A stretch of DNA of 64,000 nt from Ciconia boyciana (Eukaryota). The translations under genes and the position numbers were made by a program. The notes under the pieces are model-generated. The model was not told the DNA's origin. It made no database searches and was given only the letters and a program-made list of their open reading frames with translations. Within the stretch, counting starts at the first letter, position 1. Each line of letters starts with the position of its first letter. Location of the stretch: NCBI RefSeq assembly GCF_034638445.1, contig NC_132969.1:319423-383422 (forward strand), in the 5' to 3' direction. This document shows positions 26,100-39,408 of the stretch, piece by piece.

Positions 26100-27360
26100 T
26101 CCCCCTTTGGGCTCGGGGACCCCCTTTTGGTTTTGGGGACCAACCCAAGGGGAGCTGAGATCCCCCTTTGGGGCTCGGGGACACCCCCCCCTCTTGTTTT
26201 GGGGACCCCCCCTTGTTTTGGGGACCCCCCCTTTCTTTTGGGGACCCCCCCGTTTGGGGCTGAGGACCCCCCCGTTTGGGGCCAGGGACCCCCCCCTTTT
26301 GGCCTCAGGGACCCCCCGTTTGGGGCTGAGGACCCCCCCTTTGGTTTTGGGGACCCCCTTGGCCTCAGGGACCCCCCCTTTTTGGGGACCTCCCAAGGGG
26401 GGCTGAGACCCCCCCCCTTGGCCTCGGGGACCCCCCCCTTTTGGTTTTGGGGACCCCCCCAAGGGGGGTTGAGATCCCCCATTTGGGGCTGAAGACCCCC
26501 CTCTTTTTTTGGGGGGACCCCCCCCTTGGCTCGGGGACCCCCCCTTTGTTTTGGGGACCCCCCCCTTGCCATTGGGGACCCCCCCTTGGGGACTGACTCC
26601 CTCGGGGACCCCCTCTTTGGGGGGGGGGGAGCTCCCCCCCAAAGCTTTTGGGGTCCCCCCCAGGCTTTTGGGGTCCCCCCAATAACTTCAGGGTCCCCCC
26701 CCAAGGATTTGGGGTCCCCCCCAGGGGTTAGGGACCCCCCCCCGCTTTTGGGGTCCCCCCATGGGGTTTGGGTCCCCCAAAAGCTTTAGGGACCCCCCCC
26801 CAGGCTTTTGGGGACCCTCCCAGGCTTTTGGGGTCCCCCCCTGGGCTTTGGGTCCCCCCCAAAAGCTTTGGGGTCCCCCCAAGGGATTAAGAATCCCCCC
26901 CAAGGGGTTTGGGGTCCCCCCATGGGGTTTGGGGTCCCCCTGGGTTTTGGGGTCCCCCCCCAGATTTGGGCTCCCCAAAAAAACTTTGGGGTCCCCCCCC
27001 AGGATTTTGGGGTCCCCCCAGGGTCCCCCCCCATGGGGGTTTGGGGTCCCCTCTGGGTTTTGGGGTCCCCCCCATGGGGGTTTGGGGTCCCCCCAAAAAA
27101 ACTTTGGGGTCCCCCCCTTGGGGTTTGGGTCCCCCCCGGGTTTTGGGGCCCCCCCAAAGTTTTGGGGTCCCCCCCACATTTGGGCTCCCCCAAAAAACTT
27201 TGGGCCCCCCCCCCCCGGGCTTTGGGTCCCCCCCCAGGGGGTTTTGGGGTCCCCCCCCAGGATTTTGGGGTCCCCCCCTTGGGGTTTGGGTCCCCCCCCG
27301 GGTTTTGGGGTCCCCCCCAAGTTTTGGGGTCCCCCCCGGTGTTGGGGTGCGGGGGGGGGG
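26100..27360. repeat. 13-16-bp repeat (ttggggtccccccaaggg / tttggggaccccccc)
   Basis: Alternating G-runs and C-runs with short T-runs. The same family recurs at 46450-47200. Confidence 0.8.
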
Positions 27361-27419
27361 GGGCTCCTGTTGGCTGTTTTGTGTTAAATACATTATTTAA
27401 ACCCAAGGGCACCCTTGGC

Positions 27420-30400
27420 ACCTCTCCGGGGTTTTATTTCGGGGAGGGCGGGGGCACCCATGGGTGCTGGGGGCACCCATGGGTGCCGGGGTGGCGTGGG
27501 GGGCACCCGTGGGTGCTGGGGTCACCCATGGGTGGGGGAATGCAATGCCAGGGGCACCCGTGGGTGCTGGGGTCACCCATGGGTGCTGGGGTGTCCTGGG
27601 GGGGCACCCATGGGTGCTAGGGCCACCCATGGGTGCTGGGGTGTTCTGGGGGGCACCATGAGCATGGCCCATGGGTACTAGGAGCCACCCATGGGTGGGG
27701 GGGCACCCGATGGGTGTTGGGGGCACCCATGGGTGCTGGGGTGTCCTGGGGGGCATCCATGGGTGCTAGGGCCACCCATGTGTGGGGGAGTGCAATGGGG
27801 GGCACCCGATGGGTGTTGGGGTCACCCATGGGTGCTGGGGTGTCCTGGGAAGCACCTATGGGTGCTGGGGTCACCCATGGGTGGGGGACACAATGCGGGG
27901 GCACCCATGGGTGGGGAGTGCAGTGAGGGGGCACCCATGGGTGCTGGGGTCACCCATGGGTGGGGGGACGGGATGGGGGGCAGTCACCCCGTGGGTGCTG
28001 AGGTCACCTATGGGTGGGGGACACGATGCAGGGGTCACCCATGGGTGCTGGGGCAACTCTGTGGGTGCTGGTGTCACCCATGGGTGGGGGACGGGATGGG
28101 GGGTCACCCCGTGGGAGCCAGGGTCACCCATGGGTGCTGGTGTCACCCATAGGTGGGGGGACACAACGGGGGGCACCCATGGGTGCTGGGGGCACCCATG
28201 GGTGAGGGGGCGGGGTGGGGGGGGATCACCCCATGGGTGCCAGGGTCACCCTATGGGTGCTGGTGTCACCCATAGGTGGGGCAGTGCAATGGGGGGGTCA
28301 CCCATGGGTGCTGGGGTCACCCTATAGATGGTGGGATGGGATGGAGGGGTCACCCCATGGGTGATGAGGTCACCCAAGGGTGGTGGGACACGATGGGGGG
28401 GTCTTCACCCAAGGACAGGGATGCAATAGGGGGGTCACCCATGGGTGCTGAGATCACCCAGGGGTGCTGAGATCACCCAGGGTTGGTGGGACATGGTTTG
28501 GGGTCACCCACGGGTGCTGAGATCACCCAGGGTTGGTGGGACACGGTTTGGGGTCACCCATGGGTGCTGAGATCACCCAGGGTTGGTGGGACACGATTTG
28601 GGGTCACCCACGGGTGCTGAGATCACCCACGGGTGCTGAGATCACCCAGGGTTGGTGGGACATGGCTTGGGGCTCATCTATGGGTCGTGAGATCACCCAC
28701 GGGTGCTGAGATCAGCCAGGGTCGATGGGACGCAACGTGGGGCTCATCCATGGGTGCTGAGGTCACCCATGGGTGGTGGGACATGGTTTGGGGCTCATCC
28801 ATGGGTTGTGAGGTCACCCATGGGTGCTGAGATCACCCATGGGTGGTGGGACACGATTTAGGGTCACCCATGGGTGCTGAGATCACCCATGGTCGATGGG
28901 ACACGATTCGGGGTCACTCATGGGTGCCGAGATCAGCCAGGGTTGGTGGGACACGATTCGGGGTCACCCATGGGTTGTGAGATCACCCACGGGTGCCGAG
29001 ATCACCCAGGGTTGGTGGGACATAGTTTGGGGCTCACCCATGGGTGCTGAGATCAGCCAAGGTTGATGGGACGCAACGTGGGGCTCATCCATGGGTCATG
29101 AGATCACCCATGGGTGCTGAGATCACCCAGGGTTGGTGGGACGCAATGTGGGGCTCATCCATGGGTGCTGAGATCACCCAAGGGTGGTGGGACATGGTTT
29201 GGGGCTCATCCATGGGTCGTGAGATCACCCATGGGTGCTGAGATCACCCAGGGTTGGTGGGACATGGTTTGGGGCTCACCCATGGGTGCTGAGATCAGCC
29301 AAGGTTGATGGGACGCAATGTGGGGCTCATCCATGGGTCGTGAGATCACCCATGGGTGCTGAGATCACCCAGGGTTGGTGGGACACGATTTAGGGTCACC
29401 CGTGGGTGCTGAGATCACCCATGGTCGATGGGACACGATTCGGGGTCACCCATGGGTGCTGAGATCACCCAGGGTTGGTGGGACACAATGTGGGGTTCAT
29501 CCATGGGTGCTGAGATCACCCAAGGGTGGTGGGACATGGTTTGGGGCTCATCCATGGGTCGTGAGATCACCCATGGGTGCTGAGATCACCCACGGGTGGT
29601 GGGACATGATTTGGGGTCACCCATGGGTTATGAGATCACCCATGGGTGCTGAGATCACCCAGGGTTGGTGGGACACGATTTGGGGTCACCCACGGGTGCT
29701 GAGATCACCCAAGGTCGATGGGACGCAACGTGGGGCTCATCCATGGGTGCTGAGATCACCCAAGGGTGGTGGGACACGATTTGGGGCTCATCTATAGGTC
29801 ATGAGATCACCCATGGGTGCTGAGATCACCCATGGGTGGTGGGACATGATTTGGGGTCACCCATGGGTGCTGAGATCGCCTGTGGGTCGTGAGATCACCC
29901 ATGGGTGCTGAGATCACCCAGGGTTGGTGGGACACGATTTGGGGCTCATCTATAGGTCATGAGATCACCCATGGGTGCTGAGATCACCCATGGGTGGTGG
30001 GACATGATTTGGGGTCACCCATGGGTTATGAGATCACCCATGGGTGCTGAGATCACCCAGGGTTGGTGGGACACGATTTGGGGTCACCCACGGGTGCTGA
30101 GATCACCCAAGGTCGATGGGACGCAACGTGGGGCTCATCCATGGGTGCTGAGATCACCCATGGGTGGTGGGACATGATTTGGGGTCACCCATGGGTGCTG
30201 AGATCACCCATGGTTGATGGGACACGATTTGGGGTCACCCATGGGTGCTGAGATCACCCAGGGTTGGTGGGACACGATTTGGGGCTCATCTGTGGGTTGT
30301 GAGATCACCCATGGGTGCTGAGATCACCCAAGGTTGATGGGACGCAACGTGGGGCTCATCCATGGGTCGTGAGATCACCCATGGGTGCTGAGATCACCCA

Positions 30401-31300
30401 GGGTTGGTGGGACGCAACGTGGGGCTCACCCATGGGTGCTGAGATCACCCATGGGTGCTGGGACATGATTTGGGGTCACCCATGGGTTATGAGATCACCC
30501 ATGGGTGCTGAGATCACCCAGGGTTGGTGGGACACGATTTGGGGTCACCCATGGGTCGTGAGATCACCCATGGGTCATGAGATCACCCATGGGTGCTGAG
30601 ATCACCCAGGGTTGGTGGGACGCAACGTGGGGCTCATCCATGGGTGCTGAGATCACCCAGGGTTGGTGGGACACGATTTGGGGTCACCCATGGGTGCTGA
30701 GATCACCCAGGGTTGGTGGGACACGATTTGGGGCTCATCTGTGGGTTGTGAGATCACCCATGGGTGCTGAGATCACCCAGGGTTGGTGGGACATGATTCG
30801 GGGTCACCCATGGGTGCTGAGATCAGCCAGAGTTGGTGGGACGCAACGTGGGGCTCATCCATGGGTGCTGAGATCACCCATGGGTGGTGGGACACGATTT
30901 GGGGCTCATCTATAGGTCATGAGATCACCCATGGGTGCTGAGATCACCCATGGGTGGTGGGACATGATTTGGGGTCACCCATGGGTGCTGAGATCGCCTG
31001 TGGGTCGTGAGATCACCCATGGGTGCTGAGATCACCCAGGGTTGGTGGGACACGATTTGGGGCTCATCTATAGGTCATGAGATCACCCATGGGTGCTGAG
31101 ATCACCCAGGGTTGGTGGGACACGATTCGGGGCTCACCCATGGGTCTTGAGATCACCCATGGGTGCTGAGATCACCCATGGGTGGTGGGGCATGATTTGG
31201 GGTCACCCATGGGTGCTGAGATCACCTGTGGGTCGTGAGATCACCCATGGGTGCTGAGATCACCCAAGGTTGATGGGACACGATTCGGGGTCACCCACGG
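27420..31300. repeat. Minisatellite (gagatcacccatgggtgctga / ggttggtgggacacgatttggggtcaccca) with units of about 18-30 bp and higher-order structure, TAOK2 intron 15
   Basis: Conspicuous direct repetition over 3.9 kb. The first about 1 kb (27420-28450) is a diverged variant (cacccatgggtgctgggg). Confidence 0.85.
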
Positions 31301-31428
31301 GTGCCGAGATCACCCACGGGTGGTGGGACACGACGGGTGGCCACCGCAGTACCCCCCACCCCCCACCCCCACCCCCCCGCCCCTCCCCCAGGCGTGGCTA
31401 ACGCCCCTCCCCCTCTCGGCGGGCGCAG

Positions 31429-31641
31429 CGCGAGGAGCTGCAGCTGAAGAAGCAGTTCCAGGCCAGCTGCAAGGCGCGGGCGCGGCACTACAAGGCCCTG
31501 CGGAGCCACCTCCTGGAGGGCGCGGCCAAGGGGCAGCGCAAGGCGCTGCTGCAGCGCCTGAAGGCCGAGCGGACGCGGGAGTTGGCCGTCCTGGCCGAGC
31601 AGTACGAGCACAGCGTCGGGGAGATGCTCTCCAGCCAGGCC
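31429..31641 (+). CDS. TAOK2: TAOK2 coding exon 16
   Basis: Acceptor ggcgcAG, donor GTAGGT. Translation [71 protein letters not shown]. Compare human [30 protein letters not shown]...AILAEQYDQSISEMLSSQA. The exon is 213 nt. Confidence 0.9.
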
Positions 31642-31644
31642 GTA

Positions 31645-33300
31645 GGTGGGGAGGGGGGGAGGGGGGTGGGGTGGTGGGGGTGGAGGAGGAGGTGGAGGTG
31701 ATGGTGGTGGTGGTGGTGGTGGGGCTGGTGGTGGAGGTGGTGGAGGTGGTGATGGTGGGGGTGGAGGAGGTGGAGGTGATGGAGGTGTTGGTGGGGCTGG
31801 TGGTGGTGATGGTGGAGGTGGTGGGGCTGGTGGTGGTGGAGGTGAGGATGGTGGTGGAGGTGGTGGAGGTGGTGATGGTGGGGGTGGAGGAGGTGGAGGT
31901 GATGGAGGTGGAGGTGATGGTGGTGGTGGTGGGGCTGGTGGTGGTGATGGTGGAGGTGGTGATGGTGGGGGTGGAGGAGGTGGTGGGGCTGGTGGTGGAG
32001 GTGGAGGTGATGGTGGTGGAGGTGGTGGGGCTGGTGGTGGTGGAGGTGAGGGTGGTGGTGGAGGAGGTGGAGGTGATGGTGGTGGAGGTGGTGGGGCTGG
32101 TGGAGGTGATGGTGGGGCTGGTGGGGGTGGTGGTGATGGTGGTGGTGGAGGAGGTGGAGGTGAGGGTGGGGGTGGTGATGGTGGAGGTGGAGGTGATGGT
32201 GGGGCTGGTGGAGGTGGTGGTGGAGGTGGTGATGGTGGGGGTGGAAGAGGTGGAGGTGATGGTGGTGATGGTGGAGGTGGTGGGGCTGGTGGGTGGAGGT
32301 GGTGATGGTGGGGTTGGTGGCAATGGTGGTGGTGGAGGAGGTGAGGGTGGTGGTGGTGGGGGTGGAGGAGGTGGAGGTGATGGAGGTGGAGGTGGTGGGG
32401 CTGGTGGTGGTGGTGGTGGCGGAGGTGGTGGAGGTGGTGATGGAGGTGGAGGTGATGGTGGGGCTGGTGGAGGTGGTGGTGATGGTGGGGGTGGTGGTGA
32501 TGGTGATGGAGATGGTGGTGGTGATGGTGGAGGTGGTGATGGAGGTGATTGTGGTGGGGGGGAGGGGGAGGTGGGTGCAGATGATGGTGGAGGTGATGGA
32601 GGTGATGGTGGTGATGGTGATGGAGGTGGTGGGGGTGGTGATGGTGGAGGTGAGGGTGGTGGAGATGATGGAGGTGGAGGTGATGGTGGGGGTGGTGGCG
32701 ATGGTGGGGGTGGAGGTGGTGGAGGTGGTGATGATGGTGGAGGTGGTGATGATGGTGGAGGTGGTGGCAGAGATGATGGAGATGGGGGTGGTGGTGGAGG
32801 TGGTGATGATGATGGAGATCGTGATGATGATGGAGGTGGTGGAGGTGGGGGTGGAGGTGGTGATGGAGGTCGTGGTGGTGGGGAGGTCTGGAGGGTGGTG
32901 GAGGTGGTGATGATCGAGGTGGTGGTGAGGGTGGAGGTGAGGGGGGTGGAGGTGATGATGATGGAGGTGGTGGTGGTGGAGGAGGAGGAGGTGGTGGTGG
33001 GGAGGTGAGGTGGTGATGGTGTTGGGGGAGGTGGTGGTGGAGAAGGAGGTGGGGGTGATGGTGGGGGAGGTGATGGGGAGGAGGTGGTGATGGTGGGGTG
33101 GTGGTGATGATGGTGATGGAGATGGTGGTGGTGATGGTGGAGGTGGTGATGGAGGTGATTGTGGTGGGGGTGAGGGGAGGTGGTGGTGAAGGTGGTGGGG
33201 AGGTGATTGTGCTGGGGGTGGTGATGGACATGGTGGGGGTGATGGGGGGGGGTGGTGTGGAGATGATGGAGGAGGTGGTGGTGGAGGTGACGGAGGTGAT
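31645..33300. repeat. Hexamer microsatellite (GGTGGA/GGTGAT/GGTGGG)n
   Basis: Near-pure GGTGRW iterations over 1.6 kb. This explains the poly-Gly (+) and poly-Pro/His (-) ORFs. The plus strand is G-rich. Confidence 0.9.
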
Positions 33301-34740
33301 TGTGGTGGTGGGGAGGAGAAGGCAACAGGGGGATTTGATGGGGAGGGGAGGACCTGATGGGGACGTGAGAACCCAGCGGGGACCCAATGGGGACCCGAGG
33401 ACCCAAGAGGGACTCGATGGGGACACAAGGACCCAACAGGGCCATGGGGACCCATCGGGGACTTGATGGGGACGTTGAGGACCCAACGAGGACCAGTAGA
33501 TGCGTGGGGAACCCAACGGGGACCCAACAGGGCCATGGGGACCCAACGGGGACTTGATGGGGACGTGAGGACCCAACGGGGACCAGTAGATGCGTGGAGG
33601 AACCCAATGGGACCCAACGGGCCCCACCAGGGACACGAGGACCCAACGGGGACTTGATGGGGACGTGGGGACCCGATGGGGACCAGCAGATGCGTGGGGG
33701 ACCCAACGGGACCCAACAGGGACATGACGGGGACGTGAGGACCCAACGGGGACCAGCAGGGACTTGAAGACCCACCAGGGACTTGATGGGGACATCACGA
33801 GGACATGAGGACCCAACAGGGCCATGGGGACCCATCGGGGACTTGATGGGGACGTTGAGGACCCAACGGGGACCAGTAGATGCGTGGGGAACCCAACGGG
33901 GACCCAACAGGGCCATGGGGACCCAACGGGGACTTGATGGGGACGTGAGGACCTAATGGGGACCCACGGATGCGTAGGGGACGCAATGGGGACCCGACGG
34001 GGACTTGATGGGGACATCACGAGGACCCAACAGGGACCCACAGATGTGTGGGGAACCCAATGGGACCCAACGGGGACGTGAGGACCCCACGGGACCCAAC
34101 GGGGACTTGATGGGGACATCACAGGGATGTGAGGACCCAACAGGGCCATGGGGACCCATCGGGGACTTGATGGGGACGTTGAGGACCCAACGGGGACCAG
34201 TAGATGTTTGGGGAACTCAACGGGACCCAACGGGGACTTGATGGGACACGAGGACCTAACGGGGACCAACGGGGACATGGGGACCTGATGGGGACGTGAG
34301 GACCCTACGGGGACCCGATGGGGACCTGGGGGGGACATGGGGACCCAATGGGGACCCACAGATGTGTGGGGAACCCAATGGGACCCGACGGGGACATGAC
34401 GGGGACGTGAGGACCCCACAGGACCCAACGGGGACTTGATGGGGACATCACGAGGACATGAGGACCCAACAGGGACCCACAGATGTGTGGGGAACCCAAT
34501 GGGACCCGACAGGGACATGACGGGGACAGGGGGACCCAATGGTGCCCAACAGATGCGTAGGGACCCAACGGGGACCCAATGGGGACCCAACGGGGACATG
34601 GGGACCCAATGGGGATCAATGGGCACCCAAGAGGGTCCCAAGAGGGAGGTGGGGACCCAATGGGGACCCAGAGACTCACGGGGGACCCAATGGAGACCCA
34701 GTGGGGACCTAAGAGGAACCTACAGCCCCACAGGGACCCA
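33300..34740. repeat. About 60-bp minisatellite (gacccaacggggacttgatggggacgtgaggacccaacggggaccagtagatgcgtgggga)
   Basis: Direct repetition. Confidence 0.8.
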
Positions 34741-35040
34741 CCAGGGACCTGGGGACCTCCTGGGGACCCCCGGGAGCCCCTCAAGTGCCTGGGAAGCCAC
34801 CAGAGATGGGGATGGGACCTCCGGGAGCCCCTCGGCTGCCTGGGAAGCCACCAGAGATGGGGATGGGACCCCCAGGAGCCCCTCAAGTGCCTGGGAAGCC
34901 ACCAGAGATGGGGATGGGACCCCCAGGAGCCCCTCAAGTGCCTGGGAAGCCACCAGAGATGGGGATGGGACCCCCAGGAGCCCCTCAAGTGCCTGGGAAG
35001 CCACCAGAGATGGGGATGGGACCTCCAGGAGCCCCTCAAG
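34740..35040. repeat. Perfect 60-bp tandem repeat x5 (cccctcaagtgcctgggaagccaccagagatggggatgggacccccaggagc)
   Basis: Five near-identical copies about 100 nt upstream of TAOK2 exon 17. Confidence 0.9.
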
Positions 35041-35164
35041 TGCCCAAGAACCTACCAGGGCCCATCCAGGGCCACGTCCCCTCCTCAAGAGAAGCAGAGT
35101 TATGGGGTGGTGAGTTTTGGGGGACCCCCACCTCATCCCCACCCCACCCCTCTTCATCCCCCAG

Positions 35165-35347
35165 CTCCGATTGGACGAGACGCAAGAGGCGGAGTACCAG
35201 GTGCTGCGCTTGCAGCTGCAGCAGGAGCTGGAGCTCCTCAACGCCTACCAGAGCAAGATCAAGATGCACACGGAGGCCCAGCAGGAACGGGAGCTCAAGG
35301 ACCTGGAGCAACGCGTCTCCATCCGCCGCGCCCTCCTCGAGCAGCGG
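35165..35347 (+). CDS. TAOK2: TAOK2 coding exon 17
   Basis: Acceptor tcatcccccAG, donor GTACGG. Translation [61 protein letters not shown]. The exon is 183 nt. Confidence 0.9.
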
Positions 35348-35349
35348 GT

Positions 35350-38300
35350 ACGGGGGCGGGGGGGGGGACACGGACACATTTCGGGGGGTCTCGGGCCTCC
35401 CGGCGCTGAGGTGGGGACAGGTTTGGGGTTCCCCAAGGGAGATTTGGGGGGGTTTGGAGCTCCCCAAGGGGGATTTTGATGGTTTCAGGGCTGCCCCGAG
35501 GGGGATCATGGAGGTTTCGGGGCTCCCCAAGGGGATTGTGGTGGTTTCGGGGTTCCCCTCAGGGATTGTGGGGTTTGGGGCTCTCCCAAGGGGATTGTGG
35601 GGGTTTGGGAGTCCCCAGGGGGAGATTTTGTGGTTTTGGGGATCCCCCATTGGTTTTGTAGTAGTTTCGGGGCTCCCCAAGGGGGATTATGGAGGTTTCG
35701 GGGCTCCCCAAGGCAGATTATGGGGGTTTTGGGGTTCCCCTCAGGGACTGTGGTGGTTTTGGGGCTCCCCAAGGGGATTGTGGGGGTTTCAGGGCTCCCC
35801 CGAGGGGGATTATGGAGGTTTCGGGGCTCCGCAAGGGGGATTGTGGTGGTTTTGGGGATCCCCCATGGGGTTTGTGGTAGTTTCAGGGCTCCCCCACAGG
35901 GATTTTGGGGCACCCCAAGGGGGATTGTGGTGGTTTTGGGGTTCCCCAAGGGGATTGTGGGGATTTGGGGGTCCCCAAGGGAAATTTGGTGGTTTTGGGG
36001 GTCCTCCATGGGGATCGTGGTAGTTTCAGGGCCCCCCCACAGGGATTTTGGGGCTCCCCAAGGGAGATTTGGCTGGGTTTGGAGCTCCCCAAGGGGGATT
36101 TTGATGGTTTCAGGGCTGCCCCGAGGGGGATTATGGAGGTTTCGGGGCTCCCCAAGGAGGTTTCGGGGTTCCCCTCAGGGACTGTGGGGGTTTGGGGCTC
36201 TCCCAGGGGATTGTGGGGGTTTGGGAGTCCCCAGGGGGAGATTTTGTGGTTTTGGGGATCCCCCATGGGTTTTGTAGTAGTTTCGGGGCTCCCCAAGGGG
36301 GATTATGGAGGTTTCGGGGCTCCCCAAGGCAGATTATGGGGGTTTTGGGGTTCCCCTCAGGGACTGTGGTGGTTTTGGGGCTCCCCAAGGGGATTGTGGG
36401 GGTTTCAGGGCTCCCCCAAGGGGGATTATGGAGGTTTCGGGGCTCCGCAAGGGGGATTGTGGTGGTTTTGGGGATCCCCCATGGGGTTTGTGGTAGTTTC
36501 AGGGCTCCCCCGTGGGGATTTTGGGGCTCCCCAAGGCAGATTATGGAGGTTTTGGGGTTCCCCTCAGGGACTGTGGTGGTTTTGGGGCTCCCCAAGGGGA
36601 TTGTGGGGGTTTCAGGGCTCCCCCGAGGGGGATTATGGAGGTTTTGGGGCTCCGCAAGGGGGATTGTGGTGGTTTTGGGGATCCCCCATGGGGTTTGTGG
36701 TAGTTTCAGGGCTCCCCCACAGGGATTTTGGGGCTCCCCAAGGGGGATTATGGAGGTTTCAGGGCTCCCCAAGGGAGATTATGGAGGTTTTGGGGTTCCC
36801 CTCAGGGACTGTGGTGGTTTTGGGGCTCCCCCAAGGGGGATTGTGGGGATTTGGGGGTTCCCCTCAGGGATTGTGGGGGTTTGGGAGTCCCCAAGGAGAG
36901 ATTTTGGTGGTTTTGGGGATCCCCCATGGGGTTTGTGGTAGTTTCAGGGCTTCCCCACAGGGATTTCGGGGCTCCCCAAGGGGGATTGTGGTGGTTTGGG
37001 GGTCCCCAAGGTGGGATTTTGGTGGTTTCAGGGCTCCTCAGAGGGATTTGGGAGTTTCAGGGTTCCCCAAAGGGGCTCGTGGGGGTTTTGAGGCTCCCCA
37101 GAGGGCTTTTGGGGTTCTTCAAGGAGGATTTTGGGGGTTTCAGGGCTCCCCAAAGGCGTTTGGGGGTTTCAGGCCTCCCCAGAGGGATTTTGGGGTTCTT
37201 CAGAAGGATTTTGGGGGTTTCAGGGCTCCCCAAAGGGGCTTGTGGAGGTTTCAGGGTTCCCCAAAGGCATTTGGGAGTTTTGGGGCTCCCCAGAGGGATT
37301 TTGGGGTTCTTCAAGCAGGATTTGGTGGTTTCAGGGCTCCCCAAAGGCATTTGGGAGTTTCAGGGCTCCCCCTGGGGGTTTTGGGGATCCCCAAAAGGAT
37401 TTGGGAGTTTTGGGGTTCCCCAAAGTGGCTCATGGGGTTTCGGGGCTCCCCAGAGGGCTTTTGGGGTTCTTCAGAAGGATTTTGGGGGTTTCAGGCCTCC
37501 CCAGAGGGATTTTGGGGTTCTTCAAGCAGGATTTTGGGGGTTTTGGGGCTCCCTGAAGTGGCTCGTGGGGTTTTCAGGGCTCCCCAAAGGGATTTGGGAG
37601 TTTCAGGGCTCCCCAGGGGGATTTTGGGGTTCTTCACAAGGATTTTGGGGGTTTCAGGGCTCCCCACGGATATTTTGGGGTTCTTCAAGCAGGATTTGGG
37701 GGTTTCGGGGCTCCCCAAAGGGATTTGGGAGTTTCGGGGCTCCCCAGAAGGATTTTGGGGTTCTTCAGGAGGATTTTGGGAGTTTTGGGGCTCCCCAGAG
37801 GGATTTTGGGGTTCTTCAGGAGGATTTTGGGAGTTTCGGGGCTCCCCAGAGGGATTTTGGGGTTCTTCAGAAGGATTTTGGGAGTTTCAGGGCTCCCCAG
37901 GGGTATTTTGGGGTTCTTCAAGCAGCATTTGGGGGTTTCGGGGCTCCCCAAAGGGATTTGGGAGTTTCGGGGCTCCCCAGAGGGATTTTGGGGTTCTTCA
38001 GAAGGATTTTGGGAGTTTCAGGGCTCCCCAGAGGGATTTTGGGGCTCTTCAGAAGGATTTTGGGGGTTTCAGGGCTCCCCAGGGGTATTTTGGGGTTCTT
38101 CAAGTAGGATTTGGGGGTTTGGGGGCTCCCCAAAGGCATTTGGGAGTTGCGGGGCTCCCCAGAGGGATTTCGGGGTTCTTCACAAGGATTTTGGGAGTTT
38201 CAGGGCTCCCCAGAGGGATTTTGGGGCTCTTCAGAAGGATTTTGGGGGTTTCAGGGCTCCCCAGGGGTATTTTGGGGTTCTTCAAGCAGCATTTGGGGGT

Positions 38301-39300
38301 TTCCGGCCTCCCCAGAGGGATTTCGGGGTTCTTCACAAGGATTTTGGGAGTTTCAGGGCTCCCCAGAGGGATTTTGGGGCTCTTCAAGTAGGATTTGGGG
38401 GTTTGGGGGCTCCCCAAAGGCATTTGGGAGTTTCAGGGCTCCCCAGAGGGATTTTGGGGTTCTTCAAGCAGCATTTGGGGGTTTCCGGCCTTCCCAGAGG
38501 GATTTTGGGGTTCTTCACAAGGATTTTGGGAGTTTCAGGGCTCCCTGTAGGGGTTTTTGGGGCTCCTCAAAGGGATTTGGGAGTTTCAGGGCTCCCCAGA
38601 GGGATTTTGGGGTTCTTCAGAAGGATTTTGGGAGTTTCGGGGCTCCCCAGAGGGATTTTGGGGTTCTTCAAGCAGCATTTGGGGTTTCGGGGCCCCCCAG
38701 AGCGATTTTGGGGTTCTTCAGAAGGATTTTGGGAGTTTTGGGGCTCCCCAGAGGGATTTCGGGGTTCTTCACAAGGATTTTGGGAGTTTCAGGGCTCCCC
38801 AGAGGGATTTTGGGGCTCTTCAGAAGGATTTTGGGAGTTTCGGGGCTCCCCAGGGGTATTTTGGGGTTCTTCAAGCAGGATTTGGGGGTTTCGGGGCTCC
38901 CCAGAGGGATTTTGGGGTTCTTCAGGAGGATTTTGGGAGTTTCGGGGCTCCCCAGAGGGATTTTGGGGTTCTTCAAGCAGCATTTGGGGGTTTCAGGGCT
39001 CCCCAAAGGGATTTGGGAGTTTCAGGGCTCCCCAGAGGGATTTTGGGGTTCTTCAGGAGGATTTTGGGAGTTTCGGGGCTCCCCAGAGGGATTTTGGGGT
39101 TCTTCAGGAGGATTTTGGGAGTTTCGGGGCTCCCCAGAGGGATTTTGGGGTTCTTCAGAAGGATTTTGGGAGTTTCGGGGCTCCCCAGAGGGATTTTGGG
39201 GTTCTTCAAGCAGCATTTGGGGGTTTCCGGCCTCCCCAGGGCGATTTTGGGGTTCTTCAAGCAGCATCTGGGGGTTTCCAGGCCTCCCCGTGCGCCTTTC
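35350..39300. repeat. Minisatellite family of about 21/60 bp (ggggctccccaagggggattatggaggtttc; gggattttggggttcttcagaaggattttgggagtttcggggctccccaga), TAOK2 intron 17
   Basis: 4 kb of direct repetition. It explains the 828-aa, 665-aa and similar plus-strand ORFs. Confidence 0.85.
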
Positions 39301-39408
39301 GGTGGTTTCCAGCCCCCCCATCCCCCCTCATTCCCCCTCCCCTGGGCGGGGGAGGGGAGGGGGAGGGGGGGGGTGGCGTCACCCCGCTTTTTGGGGTTCA
39401 CCCCGCAG

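Noticed and set aside
31291-34641. 1116-aa minus-strand ORF (and the 868-aa and 752-aa ORFs beside it) rich in Pro, His and Ser
   Set aside because: This is the reverse-complement translation of the (GGTGGW)n hexamer array and adjacent minisatellites. It is pure low complexity with no start context or conserved domain, and it lies within a TAOK2 intron flanked by well-supported exons 16 and 17.
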